This document shows, piece after piece, positions 1 to 10,176 of a stretch of 64,000 nucleotides of DNA. Position 1 is the stretch's first letter. Every line of letters starts with the position of its first letter. A program made the translations under genes and the position numbers. Source of the DNA: Blastocladiella emersonii ATCC 22665 (lineage: Eukaryota > Fungi > Blastocladiomycota); NCBI GenBank assembly GCA_025594325.1, contig JANHCV010000001.1, positions 2,418,001-2,482,000 of the forward strand. Direction: 5' to 3'. The notes under the pieces were generated by a model that did no database searches, was not told the origin of the DNA, and saw only the letters and a program-made list of their open reading frames with translations.

Positions 1-3000
1 TCGCTCGGCGAGCGCGGCAAGTCGTCGGTCGGCGAAATTGTAACCCGCATGTCGGTCGACACGGGCCACGTCGTCGCGTTCCTCGTGCAGGTGAACGAGG
101 TGTGGATGGTCCCGATCACGGCCGCGCTCTCGCTCAATTTCCTGTGGGATCTCCTCGGCCCCGCGGCGCTCAGCGGGCTCCTCGTCATGGCCGTCATTTC
201 GCCGATCGTGCGCTGGTCCACGGGTATCTACATGCGCGAGAACAAGATCAAGCTCGACACCATGGACATCCGCATCAAGCTCGTCAACGAGGTGATCGCC
301 GGCATCAAGACCGTGCGCCTGTACGGCCTCGAGGAGTACTTTACGGCCAAGCTCATCGCGCTGCGCGACACGGAGCAGGCCGCGCTGCGCCGCCGGTGGA
401 AGGCCTTCTCGTTCGTCGTGGGCGTCAACAACTCGAGCCAGATCATGATCATTTTGGTCACGTTCGGCTTCGCGTCGCTCCTCGCCGCCGACAAGCCGCT
501 GACGCCGCAGCGCGTCTTTGTCTCGCTCTCGTACCTCAACCTGTTCCTCAACACGCTCGGGTCCATCTTCAACATGATCGGGACGGGCGGGACCGCGCTC
601 GTGTCGTACCGCCGCATCGGCCAGTTCCTCGACGCCCAGGAGATTGACGCGGCCGCCGTCGACCGGTCCACGGACGCGTCTGGCCCCGTTGCGATCCGCA
701 TCTGCGACGGGCGCTTCCAGTGGGCCACCGCCGCTGACGACGACGCGGACGAGACGGCCCCCGCCGCCACGTTCGAGCTCAAGGGCATCAACTTCACGCT
801 CGGGCGCGGCAAGCTGACGGCCGTGATCGGCCGCGTGGCCGAGGGCAAGTCAGCGCTGCTGCACGCGATCCTCGGCGAGATGCGCAAGCTCGACGGGTCC
901 GTCACCGTCCGCGGCTCGATCGCGTACGTGCCGCAGTCGGCGTGGATCTTCAACGGCACGCTCCGCGAGAACATCGTCCACTGCTCGCCCTATGATGAGG
1001 CGTGGTACCACCGCGTGGTCGAGGCGTGCGCGCTGGTGCCCGACGTTCGCGCCATGGCCAACGGACACGACACGCTCATTGGCGATCGCGGGGTCACGGT
1101 ACGTTTGTTTTGATTCCGCCAAACTGGAGGGCATCGCTGACTCGACCTCGCTACGCGTAGTGCTCGGGCGGCCAGCAGGCGCGCATTTCGCTCGCGCGCG
1201 CCGTGTACGCGAACCGCGACATCTACCTCATCGACTCGGCCCTGGCCGCCGTCGACAGCATGGTCAGCACGCACATCTTCACCCACGTCTTTGGTCCGCG
1301 CGGCCTGCTTCGCGGCAAGTCGATCGTCTTCGTCACGCACGGCGTCCATCATCTCGCCCAGTGCGACGAGGTCGTGCTGCTCAAGGACGGCGCGATCGTC
1401 GAGAGCGGCTCGTTTGACGACCTCATGGACCGCCGCGGCGACGTGTACGCGCTCGTCACCGAGTTCTCGGCCGTGGACCGCTCGTCGCCGAGCGGCGACG
1501 CCGCTGATCCGGCGCTGTCGACCGCGGACTCGGCGCTCACCATCGCCGAACCGGAGCAGGTCGACGACAAGTGCACATTGTCGCCGCCCGCCACCGCCCA
1601 GCAGCAGGACGACGACTCGCTGACGGGCACCGTCACGTTCGCCGTGTACGCCGCGTACCTCCGCGCGTGCGGTACCTACGGCCTCGCCCTCTTCATCCCC
1701 GCCTTCCTCATCGGCAACGGCATCACGTCGCTCCACAGCTACTGGCTGAACGTCATGTCGACGGCCGTCAACGCGGCCACGCCCGACCGGCCCGTCGACC
1801 TCGGCTACTACCTCGGCGTGTACGGCGGGCTCACGGCGCTCAACGTCGTCGCCATGTGGCTCGTCGCGCACGCGTCGCTCACGGTCATGTCCGTCACGGC
1901 GTCGCGCGTGCTCCACGCGAACCTGATCGCGCGGGTCATGCGCGCGCCGCTGTCATGGTTCACCGTGGTCCCTGCCGGCCGCATTGTGAACCGGTTCAGC
2001 TCGGACCAGACGGACCTCGACGAGGCGATCCCGTTCTCGCTGCTGAACTTTGTGTTCATGGCCGGCACCGTGATCGTGGCCATCGTCCTAGTCGGCATCA
2101 GCGCGCCCGTCGTCCTCGCCCTCGTCCCGTTCGCCGGCGCGTACCTGTACTTCCTCGCGCGGTACTACCTGACCGCGAGCCGTGAGCTCAAGCGCATCGA
2201 CAGCTCGACGATCGCGCCCATCTACCACAAGTTCGAGGAGTCGATCCACGGGCTCGTCTCGATCCGCGCCTACGCCGTCCACGCCGAGTACGCGGCGCAG
2301 ATGGCCGACGCCTTCGACCGCAACAACCGCGCCCGGTACCTCTCGGTCTCGCTCTCCCGCTGGCTCAGCGTGCACTCGTCGGCGCTCGCGTCGCTGTTCA
2401 TCCTCGGCGTTGGGCTCGCGGCTGTCGCCACGCGCGGGTCGATTGCCGCGGCCATGGTCGGCCTCGCTATCAGCCAGGCGCAGGAGCTCGTCTGGGCGTT
2501 TCGCAAGATGGTCACGGCGACGTGTGATCTCGAGAATGGTGCGACTTCGTGGCGTCTTCGTTTCTTGTTCGGCTGCTAACTTGGAATCTGCGATGCGGTA
2601 GAAATGGTCGCCGTCGAGCGCGTCCTGCAGTACTCGAGCGTCGACCAGGAGGCTCCCGCCAAGACCAACGTCGTGCTCCCCGCCAACTGGCCTACCGCGG
2701 GCGCTGTCGAGTTCCGCAACTTTTCGGCGACGTACCGCCCCGAGCTGCCGCCGGTTCTGCGCGACATCAACGTCTCCATCGCCCCTGGCTCGCGCGTCGG
2801 CATCGTCGGGCGGTACGTTAGCGCTGTTCGTTTGCGCATCCGAAGTGATACTGACTTTCCGTGACCCCCGCACTAGCACCGGATCCGGCAAAACCTCGCT
2901 CACCCTCGCCCTGTTCCGCATCATCGAGGCGACGCGCGGCAGCATCTCGATCGACGGCCTGGACCTGTCGACGCTGGGGCTCGCCGACCTGCGCTCGCAC

Positions 3001-3585
3001 CTGTGCATCATCCCGCAGGACCCGCAGCTGTTCGCGGGCCCGCTGCGCGCCAACCTCGACCCGCTCGGCGCGCACGACGACGCGGCCGTGTGGCGCGCGC
3101 TCGAGCTCGCGCACATGCGCGACCGCGTCGCGGGCCTCGACGGCAAGTTGCACGCGGCCGTGGCCACGGGCGGGTCCGACTTCTCGAGCGGCGAGCGCCA
3201 GCTCCTGTCGCTCGCGGCCGCGATCCTGCGCAAGCGTCGCGTCGTCATTTTCGACGAGGCGAGCGGGAGTCTCGACGCCGAGACGGACGCGGTCATCCAA
3301 AAGACGATCCGCGAGGAATTTGACGGCTGCACGGTGCTCACGATCGCGCACCGGTACGCTCTCCTCCCTCCTTCCCCCGCCCCTCCCCTCCCCTCCTTGC
3401 CCCACTCACCCTCTCGAGACTGACTTTTCCGTCTGATTAGCATCGGCACGATCATCGACTATGACAAGATCCTGGTGCTCGACCACGGCGAGGTGGCCGA
3501 GTTCGACACGCCCGCGGCGCTCCTTGAGAAGGCGGACGGCCTGTTCGCCAAGCTCGTCGCGGACTCGCAGTCGCGTTTCGCCTGA
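1..3585 (+). CDS. ABCC/MRP-family full ABC transporter, 5'-partial (TMD1 end, NBD1, TMD2, NBD2)
   Basis: The spliced frame gives Walker [10 protein letters not shown]-loop YVPQSAW, signature (C)[18 protein letters not shown]2 motif [10 protein letters not shown], and NBD2 GRTGSGKT, FSSGERQ, IFDEAS and TIAHR. GT-AG introns lie at 1099-1160, 2539-2601, about 2813-2876 and 3354-3440. Stop is TGA at 3583-3585. The frame is open back to the window start. Confidence 0.93.
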
Positions 3586-3648
3586 GCCGCGGTTTGTTTT
3601 GAACAATACACACTATATTGATGATCATAAACTCTCACTCTACTTAAC

Positions 3649-5278
3649 TCAGGAATCAGAAGCGGGGCCGCGATGAACTAGGTACGCGGCGCCGCGCGTC
3701 GTCGCGACCTGTGTCACGTCGCTGACCACGGCGGCGGCGGCCGTCTTGGCCATCAGATGGACGATGCTGTTCGGCACCGTGGCAGCGAGGGGAGACCCTT
3801 CGAGTTCGCGCCGGGTCGCGCACGGGTAAAGGCGGATGCACTTGTCCTTGGGGTGCACGCTGCCGCGGAACACGATCCCGCTGGCTTCGTCGGTTTTCCA
3901 AGCAAGGCAGGACGCGAAACGATGGCCGATATCGCTACAGTACATGCTCGTCGTGTCGGTAATGACGACCGTCGGCAGCCCCGGGCCGGCCGTCTCGCGC
4001 GCCGAGTAGTACTCGATGCAGTCGCGAATATCCTCGATGGCTGCGGCGTCAGGATGATCTTGGCCACTCGCGACCCCGTTGGCGACGATCCGAGAGCTCG
4101 AGCTGTTTACTTTGAAATCTTGATGGGCGTAAGCGTTGAGGAGCTTGCAGGCCCCGTAATAATCCTGGATCGGACCGTTCATGGACGCGACAACGTCGTC
4201 GATCGTAGTAGGGCGAGGCCGACGACCAGGGTCGCGCTCGGCCGCGTGCGCGGTTGCGGCCCGGTTGGTGCTGTAGTACAGATCCGGCGCGGCGTCGCGG
4301 AGGCGCACAAGGAACATCAGCGAATAGGAGTCCTCGCGCTCGGGCTGAAGGTGTTCAACGTAAGAGTCGACGAGGCGGCGAGCCAGGGCAGCGAACGCCA
4401 AGATCCGGTTGACCAAGTCGACGCGAGATAGGTTGAGGAAATCGTCGAGGTGGAAGGCCTCAATATCCTTTTCGCGAGGGAGCTCTTGCCGCTCGTACAG
4501 AAAGTCGAGGCAAGTGATGATCGACTCGAGATGCCACGCAGGGCAATCGAAGTGGCCACGGCGGTCCCAGGCCAACCCCGTGAGAATGTGTTTCTGGACA
4601 CGGCTAGAAAGCTTCGACCAGAGAAGGGCACGGATCGTGGCCTTGTTGCGCACGCCAAAGCTGTAGGCAGCCAGAAGCACATGGATGATTCATTGGCGGA
4701 TCAGAGAGACGTCGTGCGGGAAGGGGACGACTAGAGCGGCAACTGCCTCGAACTCCCGCAGAATGAGGCCGTTCTCTGCGAGCGATACGTCGTCGCCGAG
4801 AATGTGCTCCCAGGCAAGGCTGCCACTTGAAATGTCGGCGAGTTCCTTGGCGCGCTGGTTGGCAATGTCCGCAGAGTACGCGTCCGGGACGGAGGAGAGC
4901 GAATTCGACGTCAAGTTGGAAGTTTTGCTTCCGAGGGTCGTCTCGGAAGCGGAAGCGGAAGCGGGTCAAGATCACTCGTGGTTGACTCGAGATCCCATCG
5001 TGCTGAGACGGAGCAAGCTCAAGGCCTTCGAGCCGCTCTGAGACGGCAAAGAAGCCCATGCCGATTTGGGCCGTGAGCTGGACGACCTGCGAGCTCAGCT
5101 TGCCGACCTCGGATGTAAGCTGGCGCAGCTCTCGTAGCAGGACCCCGACGAGGGGCGGGTCCTCATGATCAACGGGAAGTGCTGCTGCTCCATCGGCACC
5201 CAGAGCGGCGAGCAACGAGGCTGCGTCATAAATGCTTTCCTCGGGATCGTCGCTTTGCGACTTCATTGGTTTCGTCAT
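3649..5278 (-). pseudogene. Disrupted paralog of the 5573-6736 orphan (gag/capsid-like) ORF
   Basis: It shares aligned blocks with 5573-6736 (WEHILGD/WEHVLGD, PFPHDVSLIRQ*IIH/PFPDNATLIRPWVIH, GVRNKATIRALLWSKL/GVRDKDTIRALHWSKL, MKSQSDDP/MKSHGGDP). TGA at 4692-4690 sits where the paralog has Trp. The N-terminal frame (ATG 5278/5266) is out of frame with the 4914-3649 frame, implying a frameshift near 4960-5000. Confidence 0.72.
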
Positions 5279-5572
5279 TGCGTCAAGTGTGAGAACGGGA
5301 TCGAGAGAGCGGGAGCCGGACGCGAGGACGGCATGCATCCCCCTGAGGCCGCGCCTCGGACTGCCGCCGATCCCTCCACGCGCGAACACGTGCGTATAGC
5401 CAACGCGTCCCTCGAGTGAGCGCCTGAAACGCTGCTTTACCGTTCCTGTTCGCGGCAGCACGGTTAAAATGCAGAGCGAATGAAGGAAAGATATATCTGT
5501 AACGACATCCCTAACAAACCAGCCAAGGCCGAACGCCGCGTGAAGAGGATGATTCTTGGCCTGAATGCTACT

Positions 5573-6736
5573 TTATCGGCGCTGCTCACCAAGTTCTTTG
5601 AGAGCCGCCAACACAGCCGGGTCGATCGGAGGCGAGGTCATGTTGACGCTGGCAGCGGGCACAGTCGAAGTGTGAGAAGCGGCTGCGCGCTGAGGAAGGG
5701 CGGGCGTTGCAAGGTTCGCGTTATCCTTGTGTTTCGCAAAGAACCGATCGACGCACAGAGTCAAGCAGCCAAGGACGTCGTTGAAGCACATCTTCGGGCA
5801 GATTTTCCCAGCGCGCTTTGATGCAAGTGTAATTGTCATGTTGAAAATGTGGTTTGCAAGGTCTGGGGCGCCGGAGAGTTTGCCAATGAGCGAATGCACA
5901 TAGTCGTCCTCCTCGTTCAATCGAGCGTTCTCGTCGCGGAAACTCTTGACGTGGCGGCGACCGTGTGCAATAAAAGCCTCGATCTTGGCAATCGCTTCTT
6001 GTTTGGTGCCCTTGAGAAGGTCGTCGAACTTAAACTGTGCGAGCACCAGCGAGGGGCGCTCAAGCGGCTCGTGGAGACGATCGAGACAGGTTACGAGTCT
6101 CTCCAAGGTCCACGAAAGGCACACGCCATAGCCGTTCTCGCTGTACGCGAGCATGGCGCGGATCTGGGCCTGGATCGACGAAGGAAGCTTGGACCAGTGC
6201 AGGGCGCGGATCGTGTCCTTGTCGCGCACGCCGCGCCCGCAAATTTTGAGCATCATGTGGATGACCCACGGACGGATTAGAGTGGCGTTGTCGGGAAAGG
6301 GAGCGAGGGTGTAGGAATAGTTTGCGAGGTCGGGGATCGAGACGTCGCCACCATCGACGAGGACTGCCAGGTCGCCAAGAACGTGCTCCCAAGTAAGGTC
6401 GCCAGCAGGGATAGATTCAAGGTCTTCGATGCGCTGGTACACCAAGTCCACGGAGAACTGGAAGGGAGCAGGCAACGGCGCCTGGGTTCGCTGCAAGTTC
6501 CCGTCGTAGCCACATCCAGTCGAGGTCGATCCAAGCCGGCTCGCAGCAGCAGCGTGGACATCTGCGCCTTGCTGATGCTTGAGGTCAGAGAACTGCGCGC
6601 TGAGCCGAGCGATCTCGGCCTTGAGCTGGTCCAGATCGTTTGGCGGCGAAGCGGGATCGGCCAAGTCTGGCAAGGCGGCGTGCATCGAGTGTGTCGAGTA
6701 AGCCTTGCTTGCAGGATCGCCACCGTGAGACTTCAT
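5573..6736 (-). CDS. Orphan 387-aa protein with an N-terminal coiled coil and a helical gag/capsid-like region (family assignment tentative)
   Basis: Intronless ATG-to-TAA ORF with less GC-biased codon usage than the host genes. A conserved adjacent paralog supports coding status. The gag-like call rests only on loose pattern similarity. Confidence 0.68.
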   Translation of the reverse strand: MKSHGGDPASKAYSTHSMHAALPDLADPASPPNDLDQLKAEIARLSAQFSDLKHQQGADVHAAAASRLGSTSTGCGYDGNLQRTQAPLPAPFQFSVDLVYQRIEDLESIPAGDLTWEHVLGDLAVLVDGGDVSIPDLANYSYTLAPFPDNATLIRPWVIHMMLKICGRGVRDKDTIRALHWSKLPSSIQAQIRAMLAYSENGYGVCLSWTLERLVTCLDRLHEPLERPSLVLAQFKFDDLLKGTKQEAIAKIEAFIAHGRRHVKSFRDENARLNEEDDYVHSLIGKLSGAPDLANHIFNMTITLASKRAGKICPKMCFNDVLGCLTLCVDRFFAKHKDNANLATPALPQRAAASHTSTVPAASVNMTSPPIDPAVLAALKELGEQRR

Positions 6737-6741
6737 TAGCT

Positions 6742-6774
6742 TTAGGGTCCGTTTGGTTCAGATCAGGTGGATCA
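6742..6774 (+). repeat. Left target-site duplication (TTA), TIR and subterminal inverted repeat of the Harbinger element
   Basis: The sequence reads TTA, then GGGTCCGTTTGGTTC, then AG, then ATCAGGTGGATCA. Confidence 0.93.
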
Positions 6775-6962
6775 GCTGAAAAAGTTGCCACGTTTCACCT
6801 CACCCCCGTTCATCTCAGCGGCCGTGCGAGCCAAACGCCCCGCTGGATGAACGCCCCTCCCCCCCCCCCGCAATAAAATCTTTCCCACCTCTTTGCAGCC
6901 GCACTTATTGCAACGAATCAACACCTAACCTCACGCATCGTGTTCTCGAGCCCTCAAACAAC

Positions 6963-8280
6963 ATGGGCAAGGGATACAACCGCAAGCTGCGCGGCCTCAT
7001 GCTCACGGCCGCCCTCGCTCTCCTGCGACGTCTCGCTGCGCGCAACGAGCGCCGCTCGTGGGAGCCTATCCGCACGTCCACGCTTTCTGGCGAGTCGTGG
7101 GTTCAAGAGCTGCTGACGTGCAACAGCAAAACGCGTTTTTCGGAAATCGCCCGTATGCCCCGCGAGACCTTCAAGGCCATCTGCCGCCTGTTCCGCGACC
7201 GTGGCCTTCTCACCGACGGCCGCGAGCTGTCCGTCGAGGCGCGCTTCATGGTTTCTCTTGTCATGGCCGGCGAGGGCAGCACCAACCGCAACCTCAGGGA
7301 GCGGTTCCAAATCTCTGGCGAGACCGCGTCCAGGGTTCTGAAGCAGGTGCTCGACGCTCTGTACCGCCTGATGCCCGAGTTCATTGTCCAGCCGTCCGAT
7401 TCTACGCCCGTGCATGAGCGCATCGCCCACGACCCGAAATACGCTCCGTTCCAGAACGCGGTCGGCGCGCTTGACGGAACGCACATCCCGTTTGTTGTGC
7501 CCGCCAAGCTTCACGACTCGTTCCGAAACCGCAAGGGGACCATCTCCTCAAATGTCCTCGCTGCCTGCGACTTTGACTTGAACTTCACCTACGTTCTCGC
7601 AGGGTGGGAGGGCAAGGCGCACGACTCGCGCGTGCTCTCGGACGCCTTCGCCCGTGGGTTCAAGATCCCCGCCGGCCGCTTCTACCTCGCCGACGGCGGC
7701 TACGCAAACCGCACGTCCATCATCGTGCCCTTCAGCGGTACCCGCTATCATCTTCGCGAGTTTGCCCGCGGCAAGGATGGGTACGTTCTCACTGCCATGA
7801 CCATCACGTTGGCGCCATCTCATCTGCTTCACCAACGTACGTAGAGTTAAGAACAGCGAAGAGCTTTTCAATCTGCGTCACGCGTCGCTCCGCAACTCCA
7901 TTGAGCATATCTTTGGCGTGCTCAAGAAGCGGTTCCGCGTCCTCTCGATTGGCGCGGCCTACCCAATCAAGACTCAAGTCAAGCTTGTGTACGCGCTCTG
8001 CACGCTGCACAACATGATCAACAAGTGGAACCAAGGCGGCGACGCCTTCTTTCGCGACGCCGAGACGGAGCTCCGGCGCGCGCGGGACGCGGCGCGTGAG
8101 GCGCCAGTACGTGGGCGCGAGCCCCTGAACGACGAGAACGAGGAGGACGACGAGGCCGCTGTCCTCGAGGCCTCGCTGGACGGAGCTCGTCAGCGCGGTA
8201 TCTCGCTTCGGAACCGCATCGCAAATGTTCTTTGGACCGAGTACAGGCGCGTCATGGCCGCTCGTGGGACCCGTCTTTGA
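6963..8280 (+). CDS. PIF/Harbinger DDE transposase (DDE_Tnp_4 / HARBI1-like), about 417 aa, two exons
   Basis: Exons are 6963-7780 and 7845-8280 (64-nt GT-AG intron). Catalytic motifs are present: GALDGTHIP, FYLADGGY and LFNLRHASLRNSIEHIFGVLKKRF. Also present are NVLAACDFDL, GWEGKAHDSRVL and the N-terminal RMPRETF helix region. Confidence 0.93.
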
Positions 8281-8593
8281 AGGCGCGAAATAATTGTTGT
8301 ACCCGCATGCATGCTGTAATATACTGATTTTTCAAGTACTATAACGTTAGATAAGCGATTCCAGATGATTTGACGCGTCGCTGAGGTCAGAACGCATCGG
8401 TGGAGACGCGTCGATCAATCACGTGACGTGTGAGACACTTTGCGAACCACGCGTTTCTCAACGAGTCGCGTCATTTTCGAGCCAAGGGTAACGATTGAAG
8501 ATACGATGGACACAAAGCCAGATGTATTGGACACAAATGGGCGAGAACAAGGCCAGGAAGCAACGCGAGGGGAGGGGGACATGTGCGAGTGAG

Positions 8594-9723
8594 CTACTGA
8601 ATGAAAATCTCGAGGATGCGCTTGCGCTTCGATTCGGACACGGCCATGACGCGAAGCGCTTGATCCTCGGTCAGGCGGGTGGCGACGTCGATCTGGTACT
8701 CTTCATTGTCATTGTACGCGTCCTGGACCCATTCAAGTGCGGCGGTCAGAACGGGCTTGGAGTTGGCGGTTGAGACGCTCTGGAACACCTCCTTGATGCC
8801 CATGAGGAATTCCGAGTCCGAGAGGCGACGCGAGCTGCTGTCCGAAGTGCGGCTGCGCTTGCTGGCGGGGGCCGCGTCGTCTTGACCATCAACACCTTCC
8901 ACGTCACCAGACTCCTTGCCGTCCTGCTCGAGGTGCGAGTACTTGCCGGTGGCGGTCGAGCTGCCCCACAGCATGTTGGCCTTCTTGTAGTACGGGAAGG
9001 GCTTGCAGCCCGCAGTCAGCTCCTCCTTGAGCTCTGCCTACAATTGAAGCAGGCCAGGCGCTGTTAGCTCGCCGCGAGTTGACGCGTAACGATATTGAAC
9101 AAACGTACCGAGAGATCGTTCCAGAACTCCTCTGGCACGTCGACCGTGCACTCACCCTCATTCCAGGTGCAGCCGTTGCCCGAGTACGACAGAAGCCGTT
9201 TTACGGCGCGAAAACAAGTGCGAAGCTGGAGCCGAACGCTGACGTTGTTAGCGCTACGGTTGACGCGTGTCCGCAAGACAAAGCGTACGTATGTCACGCG
9301 GTTCTTGACCTGCTCCGCCGTAAACTGCATGTTGAACTCGTCCGACAGGGCCTGGGCAATCGACACACGGTGCTGGGCCTTGAGCGTGTTGCTGTCGCCG
9401 AGCACGCCGTCGTCAGCGAGGTTGCAGAAGTGGTCGAGGAGGAAGTTGGTCGACGCGGAGCAGAAGGTGGCCTTGCCGCCGCTGGCCTTGCCGCTGCTGG
9501 CCTTGCTGCCACTGGCCTTGCGCTTGCTTGGCTTGGCGATGGTCACGGGCGGCAGCGGGTTGGTCGGCGTGACAGCAGCGTTGCCGTCGCTCCCAGCAGC
9601 GTCGTCATCTGCATCCTCGTCGCTATCGGCGGGCGGCGGCGGGATTTCGGGCACGTTCTTGACGATCTCCTCGATGGACATGGCCGTACGGCCAGCGCGC
9701 TTTTTGCTTGACGGGGGAGCCAT
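8594..9723 (-). CDS. Harbinger ORF2 Myb/SANT-like DNA-binding protein, about 331 aa, three exons
   Basis: Exons are 9723-9289, 9225-9109 and 9037-8594 (introns of 63 and 71 nt with GTACG donors and GCTAAC branch sites). The motifs FTAEQVKNR..YLR..FRAVKRLLSYSGNGCTWNE...V.V.EEFW and KPFPYYKK...LWG..TATGKY are typical of this family. Confidence 0.85.
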
Positions 9724-9957
9724 TCTTTTCGGCTTTGAGGGAGGACGGGGGAGAGAGAGCGAGTTACTTTGGAGGAAAACGGCGTTTATATAGGCCGGGG
9801 AGCACAGCCTGAAGGTTTCGGGGGCGAGCAGACGGGCGATTCAGCGACGAGGGTTCCATTCAGCTCACCCGGGGGTTGAACCAAACGCCGCGATGAACAC
9901 GACGGGGTGAAAATGCCACGTTTCAGCTGGGTGAACACCGGACCGTGTAAAATCGAT

Positions 9958-9996
9958 TGATCCACCTGATTCACCCCGGAACCAAACGGGCCCTTA
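9958..9996 (-). repeat. Right subterminal inverted repeat, TIR and TTA target-site duplication of the Harbinger element
   Basis: The sequence reads TGATCCACCTGAT ... GAACCAAACGGGCCC, then TTA. Confidence 0.93.
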
Positions 9997-10176
9997 GACA
10001 TGGCGTAATATGCGGGGTTGATGTCGCGGGAGAGAGAGAGGACCGTGCGCGAGCACGCGAGTTTGGCGCGCCGTGGCGAACCCGGACTGCACTGCTCAAG
10101 TTGCCAGCTAGTCAGGGCCAGCAGCCGATCCCCCCTCCCTCTCCCTGCAACGTAAACCCTTTGCTCACGGAATCAA

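Larger units (their letters stand above)
6745..9993. mobile_element. Full-length PIF/Harbinger DNA transposon (3249 bp)
   Basis: Left TIR GGGTCCGTTTGGTTC (6745-6759) matches the reverse complement of right TIR GAACCAAACGGGCCC (9979-9993) at 14/15. TTA flanks both ends (6742-6744 and 9994-9996). Subterminal inverted repeat ATCAGGTGGATCA lies at 6762-6774 and 9958-9970. The element encodes a DDE transposase and a Myb/SANT-like protein in convergent orientation. Confidence 0.95.

Noticed and set aside
4690-4692. TGA at a position where the paralog has Trp, suggesting UGA=Trp recoding
   Set aside because: TGA terminates several conserved genes in the window (ABC transporter, transposase, PPCDC, RPC5), and the same copy also has a frameshift, so a nonsense mutation is simpler.
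3586-6744. Complete LTR or DIRS retrotransposon around the gag-like ORFs
   Set aside because: No RT, RNase H, integrase or tyrosine recombinase motifs and no terminal repeats were found.
6742-6747. TTAGGG telomere hexamer
   Set aside because: It is a single copy formed by the TTA duplication plus the first GGG of the TIR.
8594-9723. Second transposon ORF as a Fanzor/TnpB RNA-guided nuclease
   Set aside because: There are no RuvC or zinc-finger motifs. The spliced product fits the Myb/SANT-like ORF2 of Harbinger elements.
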